64,000 nucleotides of DNA from Octopus sinensis (Eukaryota): assembly GCF_006345805.1 (NCBI RefSeq), contig NW_021833239.1:15972-79971 (forward strand), written 5' to 3'. Position 1 is the stretch's first letter. Each line of letters opens with the position of its first letter. The position numbers and the translations under genes are program-made. The notes beneath the pieces are model-generated. The model was not told where the DNA came from and did not search any database. It saw only the letters and a program-made list of their open reading frames with translations. Below, one piece after another: positions 37,524-51,765 of this stretch.

Positions 37524-39258
37524 CAGATATAAAATCAGAGGCGGCGACGATAGATTACATCGATATAAAGGAAGACGATGTAATCAAGGCTATAGATGAA
37601 ATGAAAACAGACTCAGCTACTGGCCCCGATGGATTCCCGGCAATCCTCCTAAAAGCATGTAAGAGAGTCCTAGCAAGACCACTGCAGTTCCTCTTTCAGA
37701 GCTTCCTTGCAGCTGGCAAACTCCCAAGAAAACTGAAAGAAGGTAAAATATGCCCCATTCATAAAGGAGGTAGCAGAGCTATAGACCTATCTCTCTGACC
37801 TCACACATCAGCAAGGTCATGGAACGAATAGTCAGAAGGAAGCTGATCACCTTCCTTGAAGAGAATGACTTGCTGCCCGATACCAAACATGGTTTCCGAC
37901 CAGGGAGAAGCTGTTTAACTCAGCTCCTACAACACTATGACTGGGTGCTGAAACGGCTGCTCAACCACTCAAATGTGGAAGTGATATATCTCGACTTTGC
38001 AAAGGCCTTTGATAAAGTCGATCATGGAATGATATGTCACAAACTGCGTGATCTCAACATAGTTGGAAAACTGGGAGAATGGCTTCATGACTTTCTGAAA
38101 GATAGAAGTCAGGTGGTAGTGGCCAATGGGGCCACTTCCATTAACACGCAAATAGTGAGCGGTGTTCCGCAGGGCACTGTTCTGGGACCACTACTGTTCA
38201 TAATGGCCCTCTCAGACATGCCCTCAGCCACGCAGAGAGCCACGATCACAAGTTATGCAGATGATACAAAAGTTTCACAGGCAATACAGAACCCTGAGGA
38301 CACTAAACACCTGCAATGTGAGCTAGACAAAATATACAAGTGGGCCGAAAAGAATAGCATGCAGTTCAATGCTGAAAAGTTTCAAGCTCTATACTATCAG
38401 CATGCAAAACTGAATGCAATACCCAATCAATACACTGGACCCGGAGGAATAGCAATCCCAGAGGCACAATCAGTGCGTGACCTAGGTATTTACATGAGTG
38501 ATGACGCGACCTTTCGTGTACATGTTGCTAAATTGGCAATGAAATGTAGACGACTGGCCGGATGGATCCTCAGAACCTTTAGAACAAGAGAACAAGAAAC
38601 CATGATGGTCCTCTGGAGGACACTTGTCCTAAGCCACTTTGACTACTGCTCTCAGTTATGGTCACCATCCAGTGTCAAGTTGATCACAGAGCTCGAGGCG
38701 ATCCAACGTAGCTACACGAAGAAGATAGCCTCTATGCAGAATGTAAGCTACTGGGAAAGACTCAAGAGATTAAAACTATATTCCCTGGAGCGTAGGCGGG
38801 AAAGATATGCCATAATATACATCTGGAAGATCCTGGAGGGAAGTGTCCTGAACTTTGGCATCGAGAGTTACGCAAATGCCAGAACTAGGCGCCACTGCGT
38901 GGTGCCTAGGACTCCAAACTTGCCATCAAGATGTAGGACAAGATTCTGTGATAGCCTGAGCTTCCGAGGCCCACAGCTCTTCAATATCCTCCCGAAGAAC
39001 CTGAGAGACCTGCATGGGGTGGATGCAGATGTCTTTAAAATGAAGCTGGATCTCTTCCTGTCAGGTGTCCCAGATGAACCAACTTCACGGCAGGAGGGGC
39101 AGATGAGGGCAGCTGCATCGAACTCTCTCATGCACCAAATAGCAGTTGCTAGAAAGCCTTCATGAAGTGAAACCAAGTAGCAACACCAAATGGCGGTGCC
39201 CCAGCATGGCCACAGCTCATAAGCTGAAACTAGAATCAATCAATCAATCAATCAATCA

Positions 39259-39269
<11 letters not shown>
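37524..39269 (+). mobile_element. 5'-truncated CR1-group LINE (RT ORF nearly intact) with (AATC)n tail
   Basis: 448-aa ORF with YLDFAKAFDKVDH, GVPQGTVLGPLLF, YADDTK; one small deletion near 37780. Confidence 0.9.
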
Positions 39270-39330
<61 letters not shown>

Positions 39331-40701
39331 TATATAGCACGTATGAGGAAGATGATGAGGAGAATATCTTCTATATATATACATATATATATATAGAAGA
39401 TATCCTCCTCCTCCTCCTCCTCCTCATCATCATCATCATCATCACCATTATTATCATCATCATAATCATTATTATCGTTGTTATTGTGGTTGTTGTTGTT
39501 GTGTATGGCGGCGAACTGACAGAATCGTTACCGCGCCGGTAAAAATGCTTAGCAGCATTTCATCCGTCTGTACGTGCTGAGGTCAAATTCCGCCGAGGTT
39601 GACTTTGCCTTTCATCCTTTTGGGGTCGACAAAATAAACACAAGTTTTGTTCTGGGGTCAATGCAATCGATTATCCCCCCTCCCTCAAAATTTCAATCTT
39701 TGTGCCTATAATAAGAAAGGATTATTATTCAGACACATTGTCTTGGACCATATTAATCAATGAGTCCTTTTATTTAAGCGAGTAAGTTGTGATTTGAGGG
39801 AGACATAACTCATAGTTATTCATAGTTTTAGCAATAAGCATTCACCCTTTGTGGCCTAGAGAACATTACTGCTCTAATTGCTACCCTTCCTACAAAAGAA
39901 AAAGAAAATTAAAAAATAAGATATAAGCATATGGCTAAAGTCAAAAACAAAACAGACGGATAACTTCAGTTTCAGGTAATCCTCGGAAACATTAAGAAAA
40001 GCACGCGCGCGCAGAAACCTACACTTCGTATACAGTGAAACGCGCACACATATACATACATATAGATGTGCATACAAACATGCATATGTGTGTCTGTCTG
40101 TGTGTATATGCATAGGTGTGCATGCATGTGTGTATGTATGTGTGTGTGTGTGTGTGTGTGTGTATTTGTGGGACTGCTCGATCAGTATTAACCAAGAAGT
40201 TAAACAACTATCATAGCTTGTATATGTATATTATATGGGGTATTGTCACATTATGGTTATTGAGTAACTCATAGTCTACGTTAGCTAATCATAGCTTACT
40301 AGTCCTATGGTCATTGGAACAGTCGATATCAGACTAGCTAGACTACATGAAGGTACATCAACGAGACGTGGTCGCGTGACTTGCTTGCAAATGCAGCCTA
40401 TATTTTTTCAGATCATACATTACAGTTTTTAAAAAGACAAACAACATAATGTATAATATGATAGTAATTTTTTTTTTTTTAATCTGATTCAGTTTTTTAA
40501 TTGCGATCATATCTGGGTGTTGTGAGGGTTTTCATAGCTGTCACGTACTAAACAAACTACAATGACAACAGCAACACTGTAGACAACTACAACAAAAGCA
40601 TCAACTATAATTTTGTAGCTTATGAGTCATACTTCCACATTCGTACCCACCGAATTTGTTTGTTTTATAACTTCCAGAAAAATAGATATTTTTCAATGAA
40701 A

Positions 40702-41070
40702 TCTCTCTATATATAAACGGCAGTTTGTCTGTGTGTGTTTCTGTGTGTCTGTTTGCTTATACCCTCACCCTGACCACGGCTTTCAACCGATTCTGATGAA
40801 ACTTGACACACACATAGCCCAATGTCATAATTCAAAACTAACGCAGCGAAAATTTTGAAAAGTTCCCCCAGTTCTGAAAAAAATCGATAAATTCGACATG
40901 GGGTCGAGAATCAGAAACACAAACCACAGACTGTCTAGGGGACGCAACTCGACCTTTTTAACTAAAAAAAATTTACCATCATATTTTTCCATTTTTTGGC
41001 TATAACTCTCTAAAAATGCTTTATAGTTATTTCCCTTACAAACCCGAGCAACGCCGGGCGATACTGCTAG
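40702..41070 (+). mobile_element. Non-autonomous Helitron
   Basis: A|TC start, 3' hairpin cccgagcaacgccggg then CTAG|T; the paralogous site near 2970 is empty. Confidence 0.8.
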
Positions 41071-41269
41071 TTTGTCATAAATACGCTTCAGAAGGTGTAG
41101 ATTATAATAGAACTTGTGCTCAAAATATATTTCTAAGGTTGGAGTAGGAGTTTCGGAACTTCTCCCGAGTCGATTTGTTTCCTTCGGAAAAATGAATATT
41201 TTTAAAGAAAATCTTCTGCAAATGCTTAAATTTAATACGAATAAGAAAATTTCTTTCGAAATTTCCAGA

Positions 41270-42708
41270 GTGGGACGTTCTTAGGAAAGTTTCCAGTCGT
41301 CTGAAGAAATCTGGTCGTCCTGTCCCTATTAGTGCAGAGACGGCAACTAGCCTGAAAATATGTCCTTCGCTGTCTGTCACATCCAGTACCACCGACTTCC
41401 AGATCCAGGAAGATTGTCTGTATTGCAAGACACAGATTTTTCCAAACCATTACGCTGACTCCGCCTCCCGCTCCCGGACGACTTGGAGATGCGTACACCT
41501 CGTAGTCACCTAAAATAGGTCGGAATTCCCGTGAGTCGGAAATTCTGGTTTCGCTAATGGCCACCACATTGACATTCAGCTCCTTGAGGTCGTTGAGCAG
41601 GTAAACCCGCTTCTAAAAATGACCCCAGGCAACGGTCATTCACACTGCCTACTTTTTACACGAGCATGTTGTCGGAAAAAGAGAAGAAAAGAAAGGGGAA
41701 ACTTACTTGGTTTTATTTGGAGGGGTGGATTGCTCGTCCTTCCTGTTGGCTTGGTGTGTTCCCAACAGCAAATCACCAAGAATTCTCTTGGTGACATTCC
41801 CTCGGAAATCTTCGATTTCCTGTGGGAATTGGGTTTTTAAGTGTGTGTATATGTTTTGCATTGTTTGAATGATTTGTATGTTTGCAGGTAGGGAGAATGT
41901 GGATATGACAAAATCTTTTGGTATAATGTTTGTGCATGATATATAGTTTATTAATTAATCATTTTTTTAGTTATTGCCATGTAATTCGTAATGTTACTGT
42001 CTTTAATTTGTGTTTGTTGCTGTTATTGTTGTGGTAGTGATGGTTGTGGTTGTGATTGTTGTGGTTGCGTGTGTGGAATGGCTTGTGTTTCAGGAGTTAG
42101 AGATGATGGTGTCGATGCAGTGTTTGTTTTTGTTGTTTTGATCTTTTCCTTTCCACTTCTAGTGTAGATGAAGACTGCTGATGTTGTTTGTCTGTATGTT
42201 TGTTTTTCCTCTTGTTTCTAACGTTCTTTTGTTTTTAACTGCCACTCTTCATCGCGGTCCGTTTCTTCAGCTGTGATGTCCACCCGCTCCTCAGCGGGAA
42301 ATGGAATATCTTCGGGCGCTGAGAAGTGTTTGGGTGAATACGGTGTCGGTATGGTTGTTGGTGTTGGTGTTGATCGTGCTACAGCTGAATCTGCTGATGG
42401 TGCTGCTGCTGTTGTCGCTGGAATTCTGGTGGCCGTTGTTGGTGTAGACAGGAGAGGTACCCGACACTCTCTTTTTCGTTTTGTTTAGGGTAGTCGGCTT
42501 TTAAATGCTCAGGTGAAAAGCAAAGGTGGCACTTTGCTTTTCTTCCATCTAATCTGACTGGAAGAAGGATCTGGTCTGGGATGAGATCCACATTCTTTTG
42601 TATTGTTTGAATGAAAAGTTCTACGGTCATTAACGACCTATTGTTATTGATATTATTATTATTATTATAATTATTATTATTATTATATTATTATTATTAT
42701 TATTATTA

Positions 42709-42741
<33 letters not shown>

Positions 42742-42745
42742 CAGC

Positions 42746-42776
<31 letters not shown>

Positions 42777-42970
42777 TGTTTGATTTTTGCTTTGTATTTG
42801 TACAAGTTGGCTCCAAGTCTCACCCAGAGACATCAAGACATAAGGTAGAAGTTCGTGTTGGTGTTATGCCTAGGGTGTCATGTATTTGGTTTGTACATAA
42901 TATTGTTCATGAGAATGTTTTATTATTATCATTATTATTATTATTGTCATCCTTTAATAAGGATATATCC
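41270..42970 (-). mobile_element. Tx1/L1-clade element 5' part (ORF1 zinc knuckle + APE N-terminus)
   Basis: CHLCFSPEHLKADYP; VAISETRI..SPSRPGAGGGVSVMV. Confidence 0.75.
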
Positions 42971-43178
42971 TAATAAAGGCACAAGGTCTGAAATTTAATG
43001 TTTCACTGGTACTTAATTTATTGACCCCAAAAATGAAAGGCAAAGCCGACCTCGGTGGGATTTGATCTCAGAACTTAAAGATTCGGGAAAAAATACTGCA
43101 AGAAATTAATTGCAACCCTCTAACGATTCGGTCAGCACGACTCACATATACATTGTAATAACAAAGATAGTATCTTAC

Positions 43179-43236
43179 CTCGTAGCAAACCAAAACATCT
43201 ATAATGAAATATATGATAGCTTTGCTGCGTTCATGT
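43179..43236 (-). CDS. SLC38A7-like: SLC38A7/8-like transporter, visible exon 5 (TM6 start)
   Basis: ttgtttccacag|A..GAG|gtaaga; HERSKAIIYFIIDVLVCYE is the same length (19 codons + 1 nt) as the PASW..FGFQ segment; phase 2 to 0 joins exons 4 and 6 exactly; sequence similarity is low. Confidence 0.75.
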
Positions 43237-45404
43237 CTGTGGAAACAAGTAAAATAAATAACAACATTAAAAATAAATCAAAAATATATGATAATAATTG
43301 TCAACATATTTACAAAGCTGGGAAAGGAAGAGTCGAGTATATCGACCAAATATTTTATTTATCGATCTCTGAATGATGAAAGGTAAAGTTGACTCCAGTG
43401 GTGGTTCACATACTCGATACCACTAGCCACTTTGGGGTCTTCTACATAGAGTAGAGAGCACTTACATGCGTGTAATTGCTCTTACATACGCAAACATATC
43501 ACTTCCCCTTCTCTCAGATTTTCTGACACCGAAATTTCATTGTCAGGATATATCAGAGTAACAATAAAGCACATATATGTTAGAGGGCGAGGCGGCGAGC
43601 TGGCAGAAGCGATAGCGCGCCGGGCGAAATGCTTAGCGGTATTTCGTCTGTCGTTACGTTCTGAGTTCAAATTCCGCCGAGGTCGACTTTGCCTTTCATC
43701 CTTTCGGGGTCGATAAATAAAGTACCCGTTTCGTATTGGGGTCGATGTAATCGACTTCTTCCCTTTGTTTGTTCCCTCTATATTTAGCCCCTTGTAGGCA
43801 ATAAAGAAATATATATATTAGAGGGCGACAAAGATAGCTTTTGACTATTTCTTCGATGCGGAACATGGAGATTGCTATTCCAAAGATAATTCGTGTGGTT
43901 TTAGATACAGATGTGAACAAATCATTCGATGTGTTCGGATAGAAAGGGCGCGCAGTGAAAATAAATCCTCATTTTGATGAATAGCTGTCTGTAGGTGCTA
44001 TTCTGGGAAGTTGTGCGCATTTTTAGAACAGTTCCCGACCACTTAGGAATAGCAATGGATCAGAGATAATGGGTCTCGTACCAACTCCATAACTTTTCGC
44101 AGTTGTTGGCAGTAGAGAAGCGATAACTGTATGTAAGAAACGGTTAGAGATGAGTAACATTGCGTGGGGCAAATCTTCTGCTTTACATCGTCATCGCAAT
44201 GGGCTTTATGGGTTCGTGTCATACACTTCGTAGACGTTTATCATGACGCTGAAAACTGGGAACATTCTCTGATACGTTGACTGACAAGGTGTGGTGTTAC
44301 AGAGGAAGGACACAAGCAAAGGAAACATCGTGGACAGCATCTGATCCATAGCTCTGCTGCGTGTAGAGTTTTGAGAGTTAGTGCAGGGCAGTGCTCGCGA
44401 AGAGACTGACGCTTGTCGTACTTGGTGTAGCTAGAAGCGCACAGACTTGTGCTATTTCCATCAGATTTATTCACAACCACCTCCACCTCATGCCAGTCAT
44501 CGTTGCGAAATTGGCTAAAATAAAACTTGATCTAGTGGGGCTCAAATACCTTGGCATCAATTCAAAGCTTTCGGTAATACTTAGTGGCTCTTCTCAGTGT
44601 AGTTAGTTTCGATATCATTTCAGAGGATGGATTTCATCAATCTATAGTAAAAACTGCTCTGTAGTCAGGATAAATGGCCACCTGTGTGGTCCATTAGGAA
44701 TCATGCCCAATCAGCCAGAGATTGAAGCATGTATAGGGGTTCCTGGATAGTGAACAGCTGTTGTTACAGTTTGATAGGCACATCTTTTCACAGTTGATCT
44801 CTTTCATTGAACTGCAGTCCCGGATCAAGTGAAGGTCAATATTGGGTATTTGACGCTACCAGGAGCTCGCAGTTTTCTACCAATCAAGCAAACGGTGATA
44901 TATCTCATGCTTTATAGAATTAAAGGTGGACAAGAGTATCAACGTGCAGTAGATTACATGCGTCGACGAAGATTAACTGAAAATTCTATTCCGGCCAGCC
45001 AGGGTACATAGACACTTTTCTCAAAATCTCCTTGCCTAGCATTGCCATTTCGGAATAAAGTCTAAAAGCTGCCGAAGCTGCATGAAATGTGCACAGACAA
45101 GGAAACCTTTCAATACACACTAGATCTATATCGCGGCGTTGTATAATTATATTGAATAGTGCCGAATTTTTGTGCAGTAATTACGTTGACGCTGATTTCT
45201 TATGGAATTATGTTGAATAGGTGTTGTCTTAGAGGAATCTAGCTATGTACCAAATCGAAGTACTAATGTTGTATTTTAAGCTCCTGTTCCTTTATTTCTG
45301 ATAACCTGACAAGTTTGAGAAAATTTGCTAAAACAAATATTTTGATTAACGAAAGGAAAAGAATTGAACAATGTTAGTGAGCATATAAGAAGTGGAGAAC
45401 TTAC

Positions 45405-45497
45405 GGCGTTTTAACTGGACTAGAAGGTGAATGTGTTTGTGTATATTTCACAAAAACCAATAAGCTGACATACAGAAATGCTGCAGTACCGACAGTA
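45405..45497 (-). CDS. SLC38A7-like: SLC38A7/8-like transporter, visible exon 4
   Basis: ttattatag|T..ACG CC|gtaagt; STVGTAAFLYVSLLVFVKYTQTHSPSSPVKTP resembles SFLSVVGTWYVTAIVIIKY; 93 nt, phase 2 to 2. Confidence 0.85.
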
Positions 45498-47049
45498 CTA
45501 TAATAAATATAAAAAAGATCTTCATTTATTTGAAAGAAAATCTGGGCTTAAATTCTGCTTTGTATTTTACTAATTTTTTAAGAATACAAGTACAACACTT
45601 GTTAATTGTAAATTATGTAATCTGTTTCGATAAGTGTAATTATTTTGAACAGTGAAAAGTGTAAAGTTTCTAGGTCTTTTCTTTAAGTGGGCACCAGAGG
45701 AAGATGTAATTGTAGCCTTGCTTGTAAACGAGGATAGAAGAAGGAAATACAATAAAGGAAAGCTATTAAGAATAAGGGGACAAATGTAGAGGCCTACATG
45801 CAAACCAACAACACATTCGTCTTTCTTCATAATTTTGGTATTCTAACTGAATTAAATTCTCTGATCATCATTCCTAATGTAGCTTTCTCTGGAATATATA
45901 TAATCAAATATAATCAAAATAAGCAACAGTACGATCGTTTCATGCTACTCCATTTAATTGAACAATGCAATCATTACATCAATTTAAAATGTAGAGCAAT
46001 CTTCAGCTGCATAAAAATATTAAATTTAATTAAACTAGAACAGATGGATACATTAGTATAATTATACCTAAAATCTCCAAGAAGTCAAGGAGATAGACAA
46101 AGAACATGTTGTCTCTACTTCAGCATAGAAGTTACTAAATTTATCAAGAAGACTCTGCTTGCCACTGATTTTTTTGTCTTTATGGGGTCAGTTTTAATTT
46201 ATAGACTAGTTTATGGTATCTGTGAATATTGATTAATTGGTATATACTGGTATTAATAAAGGAGTATTGGGATAAAGGAACATGCCAATTATATATTTAT
46301 AAAATTTTAATTTAAGCAGTATTTTTTATAAGTAGTGAATATACCAGTATATTTTTATATAAGCTAAGTATGAATTTATGGAGATACAAAAATTAGATTA
46401 ATTTTATAAATAAATAATGGCTTATTATAAAATAATAAAGAAATAAAATAAAATAATCAAGTAGGGCAGAACACCATAGAAAAGGAAATAAAATGGCTAA
46501 ATTACTAATACTACGGTAAAGTATATATATAGCTTGTTAACACCAATAGAGAAGATTTTTAGAAAAAGTATAATTATTCAAAATATATTAGACTAAAAAA
46601 TTATATATTTATTTATTTAGCTAATACCAATAAAAGACTGATGTTTGGTATCGGCTAAAGGAATATTTAAGTTATGGAACAATCATATTTTACACTAATC
46701 TTTTTTTGGAAACTAAGGGTTATATTATAGGTTTAAGAAGTTATTATTGTTACTCCCTGCATGATATTTATAGTTTCTTAGTGGCACTTGTTTAAAAGGA
46801 TTATTTATATAAAGCCCCTTATAAATACTAAAATCATGAGGGTAGAGCCATTTAAGAAAGAGATAAATCAAGTAATTTCTAAAGATCATTTGAAATAATA
46901 TTGTCATATTGTATAAAGTTAAATTATAGAAGAATTATAAGAATGAAATTTTAACAAAAGGATAAAACTTTTTGAATATTTCGAGTAGATGCCAACTTTT
47001 TACCACAACAGAGGGAGGAAAAGAAAATTGCAAAGAAATAGTTTAATAT

Positions 47050-47475
47050 TATTTACGTGGCTGTGTGGTAAGTAGCTTGCTTACCAGCCACATGGTTCCG
47101 GGTTCAGTCCCACTGCGTGGCACCTTGGGCAAGTGTCTTCTATAGCCTCGGGCCGACCAAAGCCTTGTGAGTGAATTTGGTAGACGGAAACTGAAAAGAA
47201 GCCTGTCGCATATATATATATATATTTTTTTTTTTTTTAATATATATATATGTATGTATATGTGTGTGCGTGTTTGTGTGTCTGTGTTTGTCCCCCCAAC
47301 ATCGCTTGACAACCGATGCTGGTAGGTTTACATCCCCGTTACTTAGCGGTTCGGCAAAAGAGACCGATAGAATAAGTACTAGGCTTACAAAAGAATAAGT
47401 CCTGGGGTCGATTTGCTCGACTAAAAGGCGGTGCTCCAGCATGGCCGCAGTCAAATGACTGAAACAAGTAAAAGA
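47050..47475 (+). mobile_element. tRNA-derived SINE (tggctgtgtggtaag..gggttcagtccc family)
   Basis: Further copies at 47727-48125(+), 24360-24680(-), 52135-52500(-), 3575-3790(-), 32945-33100(-), 36845-36990(+), 6590-6720(-), 57245-57385(-). Confidence 0.8.
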
Positions 47476-48619
47476 GTATCTAAATATTAATTATTATATG
47501 GTTTCTATGGAGATTAATCAACTGGATTTAACTGGTATTTAATAAGGGTATTTTTTGGATAACACCTTAAACAGTAACTCTAAATTATACAAATTAATGT
47601 TGTAGGGCAGGCTGCCTATTCACTGATTTTCAACTAAGAGCAATAAATTTTAAACTCAAGATCAATAAAGTGCTACATACTAAACCTTATGATATTGCTT
47701 ATAATAGATCTTGATTTTTTATGACTAGGCGCAGGAGTGGCTGTGTGGTAAGTAGCTTGTTTACCAACCACATGGTTCCGGGTTCAGTCCCACTGTGTGG
47801 CACCTTGGGCAAGTGTCTTCTACTATAGCCTCGGGCCGACCAAAGCCTTGTGAGTGGATTCGGTAGACGGAAACTGAAAAGAAGCCCGTCGTATATATGT
47901 ATATATATATGTGTGCGTGTATGTTTGTGTGTCTGTCTTTGTCCACCTAGCATTGCTTGACAACCAATGCTGGTGTGTTTATGTCCCCGTTACTTAGCGG
48001 TTCTGCAAAAGAGACCGATAGAATAAGTACTGGGCTTACAAAAGAATAAGTCCTGGGGTCGAGTTGCTCGACTAAAGGCGGTGCTCCAGCATGGCCGCAG
48101 TCAAATGAGTGAAACAAGTAAAAGAGAGGAAAAGAGAGAAAGATACTAACAAGAATGCCTGTCTACTCTCTCAGCCCTCTGTTCTCTCAGCCTTAGATAT
48201 ACAAGGGTTTTGATAAACTAGTCTATAAATTAAAACCGACCCCATAAAGACATAAAATAAGTGGCAGGCATTGTCTTCTTGAAAATCTTAGTAACTTCTA
48301 TGCTGAAGTAGAGACAACATCTTCTTTGTCTATCTCCTTAACTTCTTGGAGATTTTAGGTATAATCATACTAATCTGTTCTAATTTGATTTAATTCTGTC
48401 TTTGTGCAGCTGAAGATTGCTCTACATTTTAAATTGATGTAGTGATTTCACTGTTCAATTAAATGGAGTTACATGAAACGATCGTACTGCATTACCTCTG
48501 GATATCTTTGTTGCTTATTTTGATTTTAATCGCCTTACTTTGAAATTGTATGGATAATACCGTACTAAATTCTGGTGCCTCGACTTAAGTACCATATTCA
48601 TCTGAAACTATATATATAT

Positions 48620-49621
48620 TGTTACGGGACCTCCGAAAGCTGTTACGGAATCCCACCTGCCGTCGCTCGTATCACTCGAACCCGGGATCCCAACAAGTCG
48701 AGCGATGACGATTGACCAGGCCCGATCGATCGGTAAGAGTTCGCCACGGAACCCAGAGAGGAGAGAGAGACAACAACAACAACAGCAGCAGGAAGAGACA
48801 CAGAGGCAATCGAGACACAAAGAAATACAGCGGAAGGCAATTGGCTTATATTTAACCTACTAGTTTATAACACTTTATAATTGTTACAACATCAAATACA
48901 TTTAGATACATATCAGGTACATCAAAGAGGAAAAACATGCAGATACAACACATCAAAGCATTTAAACATGCAGATACAATATAACAACAGCATTTAAAGA
49001 AAACAACAAATCAATACAGGTATACAACAGATCAGATTGATGCAATATACAGTGCGGAGACAACAGTTCTGTTTCAAATCACATTAACGTTACAGTTCAG
49101 AGGACAATTAACACATATACGTTCAATGTTCATTAAATTCTTTTCAGACTACAACAGAGCCTTTCTTTTTCTCTCTTTCTTTTACATAGGTAACACAACT
49201 CAATAATCAACACATCAACAAGTCCTTTACTCACTTCTGTAACAGTTCGTTATAGTCTCTTTACATAATTCACATATCAACACAATTAACACATACCGTA
49301 CATCAGCCAATGCCTCACATTGTAGTCCATCTCTATTAGCCGCCTAATCCTCTGTATATCTCTCTCTGTCACAGCAGAACAAACCATTAGTAACTCGCAG
49401 TACAATCCCAACTGCCAACTGCTTGCTCTGAATCCCAAATACCGACTGTCTCTCCCACTCACAAACTGAACTGCTTATTTAAGGGGGCAACCCTCAAATG
49501 AACCCTAATTCACCTGAAAGGGTCGGGGAGTTTCCCCAGAGCTAATTAATCAACCCGCATCTGGCAGAACAATGGATTCATTCCCAAAAGTAGGTCGCCT
49601 GCTCTGTCTTTAAGTTGAACC

Positions 49622-49627
<6 letters not shown>
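48620..49627 (+). mobile_element. Solo LTR (TG..CA) with ATAT flanks
   Basis: atat|tgttacggg..gaaccacaaca|atat; homologous to 1617-2725. Confidence 0.8.
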
Positions 49628-49687
<60 letters not shown>

Positions 49688-49776
49688 CATACATACATAC
49701 ATACATACATACATACATGCATGCATGCATGCATACATACATACATACATACATACATACATACATACATACAACA

Positions 49777-49808
<32 letters not shown>

Positions 49809-50393
49809 ATATGACATTATTGATCTTAACAACCACCAAAATTAACTGTATTTTTTAAATATTATCATAGTTCTATCTGAATACGAAAATGTTTTCTATA
49901 ATTTTGTTTTGTCTCTAATTCAGTCATCGTTGATACTACTAAATACGAGAGCGTTCGAACTGAGGTTGCGATCCGTGGTTAGTTTATAACAAATGTGCTT
50001 TCTGTAACATAAAACGTGTGGTGTTAGCTTTAGATAATTCCGCTCCAGTCCCTTGTTTTTAGTTTTATTTTAAACATATACCTCGATTTCTATTTTCAGA
50101 ATAGCAGTGCGAAATGTTTGTTACAGACATTGCAGGCTTCAATGCAATTTGTTTTATATCGCAGAATTAGGGGTTAAGTTAGAGTTATTATTGACTTCTT
50201 GCGTTTTATAGCAGATAAATTAAGCACGGCCACAGATATATGGAACTCGTTTGTGAACGTGCCAAATGATAAAGTTTAATGAAAAAAATTGTTTAATTTC
50301 AAAATTTCAGTCGTTTATTTTTTGTCATAAATCAACAACAATGATCTTTATCTAAGAAATAGATATGAAATGAGAATAAATTGTACAACTAAC

Positions 50394-50532
50394 CTGATAT
50401 ATTTCAGATAGTTAATAAATTTGTGAAAGCAGAATGGTAGGAGGATTATCATAATAATTACTGTTACGAACTCTCTTCGTGTATACCATACATGATGATT
50501 GCAGTAAAAGTTATGGTCGAGGAAAATGGTAA
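50394..50532 (-). CDS. SLC38A7-like: SLC38A7/8-like transporter, visible exon 3
   Basis: tttgtttcag|TT..ATC AG|gttagt; FTIFLDHNFYCNHHVWYTRREFVTVIIMIILLPFCFHKFINYLKYI resembles PWYTDRKFTISL..ILPLS..KYAS; 139 nt, phase 1 to 2. Confidence 0.9.
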
Positions 50533-50561
50533 CTGAAACAAAACAAAAAGAAAGTCTTTAA

Positions 50562-51144
50562 CCCCTTACCCGGCAGAAACGAATATATGCGTTTTGACCG
50601 AAATCGTTTTTATCTATCTCTGGCGAGTTAACTCGTCAAAAGATAGACTCGCCAAAATCGACAGCAAACGAGTTCCTTTGTCTATTATAAACTCTTTTTT
50701 GACATATACGAGTATATTCGCTCAGTTTATACGTCTGGCAGTGACGATTTCTGCCACCTTTCGCTTGAGTAAGGCATTGAAGACCGAGTATGATTTAGTC
50801 ACCTGGAGACAGTCGAAGGGTTCGAAGGCACATTTTATGAATAGAAGTATTCACTTTGTTTTTACGTTGTTTTTTTTATACCTTTATATTATAACCCCAC
50901 CATGTCAATAACCAAATAAAATAACATGATTTTTTGTAAAAGTAATATGATTTATGAAAAAAACGGGTTAACTCGTTTCTGCCCAAAGCGGTAATTTAAA
51001 ATCAATATTATTGAATTAAAATTCATAATAAAAAAGGTTTGAAATATACCTCGAAATCACCATTCAAAACATAGTAAAATAAAACAATTAAAAAATATGT
51101 CTGAAAAAATACATTTATTTTCAAAATAATTGTTGGGTAAGGGG
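50562..51144. mobile_element. piggyBac-type non-autonomous element (TTAA TSD)
   Basis: TTAA|ccccttaccc..gggtaagggg|TTAA; single TTAA at the empty paralogous site near 13274. Confidence 0.85.
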
Positions 51145-51484
51145 TTAAAGAAAGGTAAGTTGGTTAAACATGACATTTTTTCCGAGATTAACTGTTTTGA
51201 TACCACGTATTTACGTTCTGAGTTCAATATCTGCCGAGGTTAACTTTGTCTTTCATCCGTTTGGCGTCGATAAAATAAATAGTAATTAAACACTGGAGTC
51301 TATGTAATCGACTTAATCCTTCCTACAAAAGTGCTGGTCATGTTTCAAAAGTTGAAACCAATATTAAGTTACTGTTCTTCGTTCTGTTATATTTATATAT
51401 ATAGTGCGTGTGTTTATTTGGCAAAATAAATAAATAAGATGATCATCCCGACATAAAACAATATATTTATAAATATATATATAT

Positions 51485-51628
<144 letters not shown>

Positions 51629-51663
51629 TATATATATAGATATATATGCATATATATATATGC

Positions 51664-51765
<102 letters not shown>

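Noticed and set aside
40290-40335. Candidate exon 5 (LASLISTVPMTIGL|gtaagc)
   Set aside because: 43179-43236 has stronger splice signals and the expected 58-nt length; this one needs gaps to align
40530-40625. Hydrophobic minus-strand frame (VDAFVVVVYSVAVVIVVCL) as exon 4
   Set aside because: No good acceptor or donor; the true exon 4 was found at 45405-45497
46200-47050. AT-rich segment as a Polinton or viral insertion
   Set aside because: Many stops in all frames and no recognisable polB, capsid or integrase motif
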